The notes under the pieces are model-generated. The model saw only the letters and a program-made list of their open reading frames with translations, had not been told where the DNA came from and did not search any database. Below are positions 63,801-64,000 of a stretch of 64,000 bases of DNA, piece by piece. Position 1 is the stretch's first letter; each line of letters begins with the position of its first letter. Source of the stretch: Thermomicrobiales bacterium (GTDB taxonomy: Bacteria; Chloroflexota; Chloroflexia; Thermomicrobiales; UBA6265); the NCBI GenBank assembly GCA_965218235.1, contig OZ244595.1, forward strand, positions 14,083 to 78,082, written 5' to 3'. The position numbers were made by a program, and so were the translations under genes.

Positions 63801-64000
63801 CGTCGAGCGTGACCGTCCCGGTCTGCTCGGTCGGGACGCCGTCCGCCTGGACGGTGAAGGGATAGTCGCCGCCGGGGCCATCGATGAACGCTTGCCAGGT
63901 GTTGGCGCCGGTTGGGGACAGCCCGATCTCACCGTAGCCGTCGACCAGCAGCGAGAGGTTCGCGACGAAGTCATCGGCCGTGATCTCGTTTATGGACGGG
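57832..64000 (-). CDS. giant (>2050 aa, 5' end outside window) cell-surface protein with ~17 SpaA/CnaB-like Ig domains and a sortase-type sorting signal
   Basis: I translated 63478-63999 and found no stop. Repeated G.L.V...D..G..L.GACF...CD..DG.I...G.Y...P.GY units; C-terminal QPNTG, hydrophobic helix and RRRR tail. Confidence 0.9.
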   Translation of the reverse strand, partial: PSINEITADDFVANLSLLVDGYGEIGLSPTGANTWQAFIDGPGGDYPFTVQADGVPTEQTGTVTLDAGRIQIELDARDGSVSATNVQPGQLTVTVLTADGASSSGGCYGVFDGNTQLGQACDSDDGSGDGQITINFPNGAPSGTYDLVETFTPSGQEPADDETVDIGPGLNTIQVDLPGTGGIDQPSDASSQSPSGDSSADASPSKSDNASGSRDPRGTEPSSSGGILEITAIDANGDSLAGAGFDVQNDSGYYGTFTDESDGDVDGVVTVEGVFPGSNTVFMVAAPGGQPLLPEQTVTVEAGQTAEVKFSYGDAASEAASPSVGETPSVDASPFEKASPSADSSPGGETDGRSTLTVETVGPDGDPLGGASYSLLIGGQTYGPFIDDDLNGELEITEVASGTFTLTMDTAPGGYDALPDQTFDVVGGTDQTITFSYEGTDAANASASDASASESPIPSGEASPSDGAGQDDTTGTIEITVGDGNGGDVAGAGFDVQNGTDYLGTFTDESDGETNGIVTIGDLAPGSTTVYMVVAPDGQSLLPEQTVTVEAGQTTDVEFTYEPSGAASPSESASPSSSASPSVEPSPSESAAPDGRLVVTVSDGNGNAVPDACFSLLDPTSGEAIDVLSRDGGDVVTSVCDDDGDIDADGRVGIFGIPDGTYTLSQVKVADTFSAAPDQSVTVLLGGSQEIAVVDASTVEVSVSIARRNDAGDPVSGACFQLERDGSDPIGAVCDDADGDQSGGEPGLITIDNVPVGTYQVVESTTPESVQPAEAQSLDVTEGGDNAITVTTDRIVTFGDLSVVFSAGDQPIAGGCVTVTNEFGDFGPFCDDQFDQVADGNLTVPQVESGENTVTAATVPVGYALADGQDETITVDVQEGKAGEARFDLVATTGTVRLSVTDQATGDPIPDICVQFAEATGGAAGAAICDNTGGGGDTADTNNAPGEFTIPDVPAGTYDIVFGNLPDNYTGPDADIGPSVTVVAGETVKARQEIQADASPSPSESPSPSASPSPSESPSPSESPSPSESPSPSESPSPSESPSPSISPSPSISPSPSASPSPSISPSPSVGPSASASATPSPVGEGSISVRLEDQDGNALTNLCLTLSQADASIAEVCDNQNGDGDDTGGAILFQNVPVGNYLVTQTGDLPDGQVAAAAIPVSQNVTVVADDTIEVLLVITIQDPANREVSLVINYTDAANRPLAGACFTLDGVEICDNDGNDPDGRVGRIRFDGVVRGDYTIAQTEAPNGYELADDIDVTVNANTPVVALIPVKAVPTPAENGALVVSKVDADGAALAGSCFTLQRSGRQPVRACDSDDGDRDGTISFTDIQPGTWLLREVTTPLGYEAGGSQTIQIVAGETAEATVANSPRPGRVTFDTVTSDGDALPGACYRLTGPDTYEVCDNQDLGGDDGATRFAGVVPGDYTVEQITVPTGYLVANVDPVRVAPGSALRITVTNVIQPPPANAGDLIVSKVDEDGAALPGACFSLLSGSNTVAGPVCDGEDGRNDGTITFTGVAVGDFTLRETNTPSAAYLPADDSAVTIDVGDPTRVTVVNTPRNGAIRVTVVNPQGQPLAGACFDVVDDGRDATCSDANGRVTFGEIAPGTYAIDQTAVPSGYVATSRIGGVTVNPGVTTDVRVVNQRAAPPANAGTVQIAKFYCPAGSAGERTVIFDSSDPGPKQLANTAGCTPGDATFTFVRQGGEGGLGQFSIGLDGFYQATVPVATYTLTEVAPDLPGDASASVQIGRNQLTQVVVINYVAPPAPAPAAVDVTSYTCPAGFQGTLYEDFANNCTAASSLTNGVTYRLSGPVTQRATTGAGGQTGRAVFAGIPAGSYYLEQQLTKGQQILYNFCGPDANAPATKNVGVGANVAPQAGQTVYCAYFSVPPVVSDTTGAIIVQKYVCPTLNPPANYDYYQNCAIQSTPAQFSIALYSGETKKYTPVTDGSTNVDGLLTFARLTPGTYSLTEAGDGWCYAESDSVNTNGDVVVRPNVASKVFIFNCAPVTGQPNTGAGTMAASVATGMTSELFALASILSMALAAAWIARRRREITG
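60790..61010 (-). repeat. Ser-Pro linker with 18-bp tandem repeat (ESPSPS)n
   Basis: CTTGGCGATGGGCTCTCG x5 perfect (60866-60955) plus degenerate flanking copies. Confidence 0.92.

Overview
GC-rich bacterial chromosome segment, most likely Chloroflexota (Thermomicrobiales-like). The basis is the shortened 16S helix near E. coli ~1120-1150, a GAAC-N4-GTTC-type SOS box, Tat substrates and a sortase-type sorting signal. From left to right it holds: a minus-strand rRNA operon (tandem promoters, 16S, tRNA-less spacer, 5' part of 23S); a PuuD-like amidohydrolase; lon; a YtfQRT-YjfF-like sugar ABC transporter; a UbiA-family phosphoribosyltransferase, a membrane-anchored glycoside hydrolase and a polyprenyl synthase; a dksA-like-lspA-rluD-glycerate kinase-nucleoside hydrolase operon; an orphan murG; a molybdopterin oxidoreductase; an ADP-ribosylglycohydrolase-like protein; a GH51; citrate synthase; peptidases/esterases; a broken cyclase; a Tat ferritin-like/cupredoxin fusion; an A-type Fe-S carrier; an RpoD-like sigma factor; mutS; pepF; Uma2; a decaying sugar-uptake locus; msrAB; recA; a subtilase with a very long Thr/Pro linker; and a >2000-aa sortase-anchored repeat protein running off the end. 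I found no CRISPR array, tRNA, transposase, integrase or prophage, and I cannot demonstrate a complete new system from sequence alone. The best leads are the cell-surface module (Cys/isopeptide repeat protein, linker subtilase, recurrent A-T-P/S-P motifs in exported proteins, possible lipid-linked pentose supply), the di-iron/type-1-copper fusion, 23S expansion segments, a Cys-free DksA-like protein and a probable CTG start.
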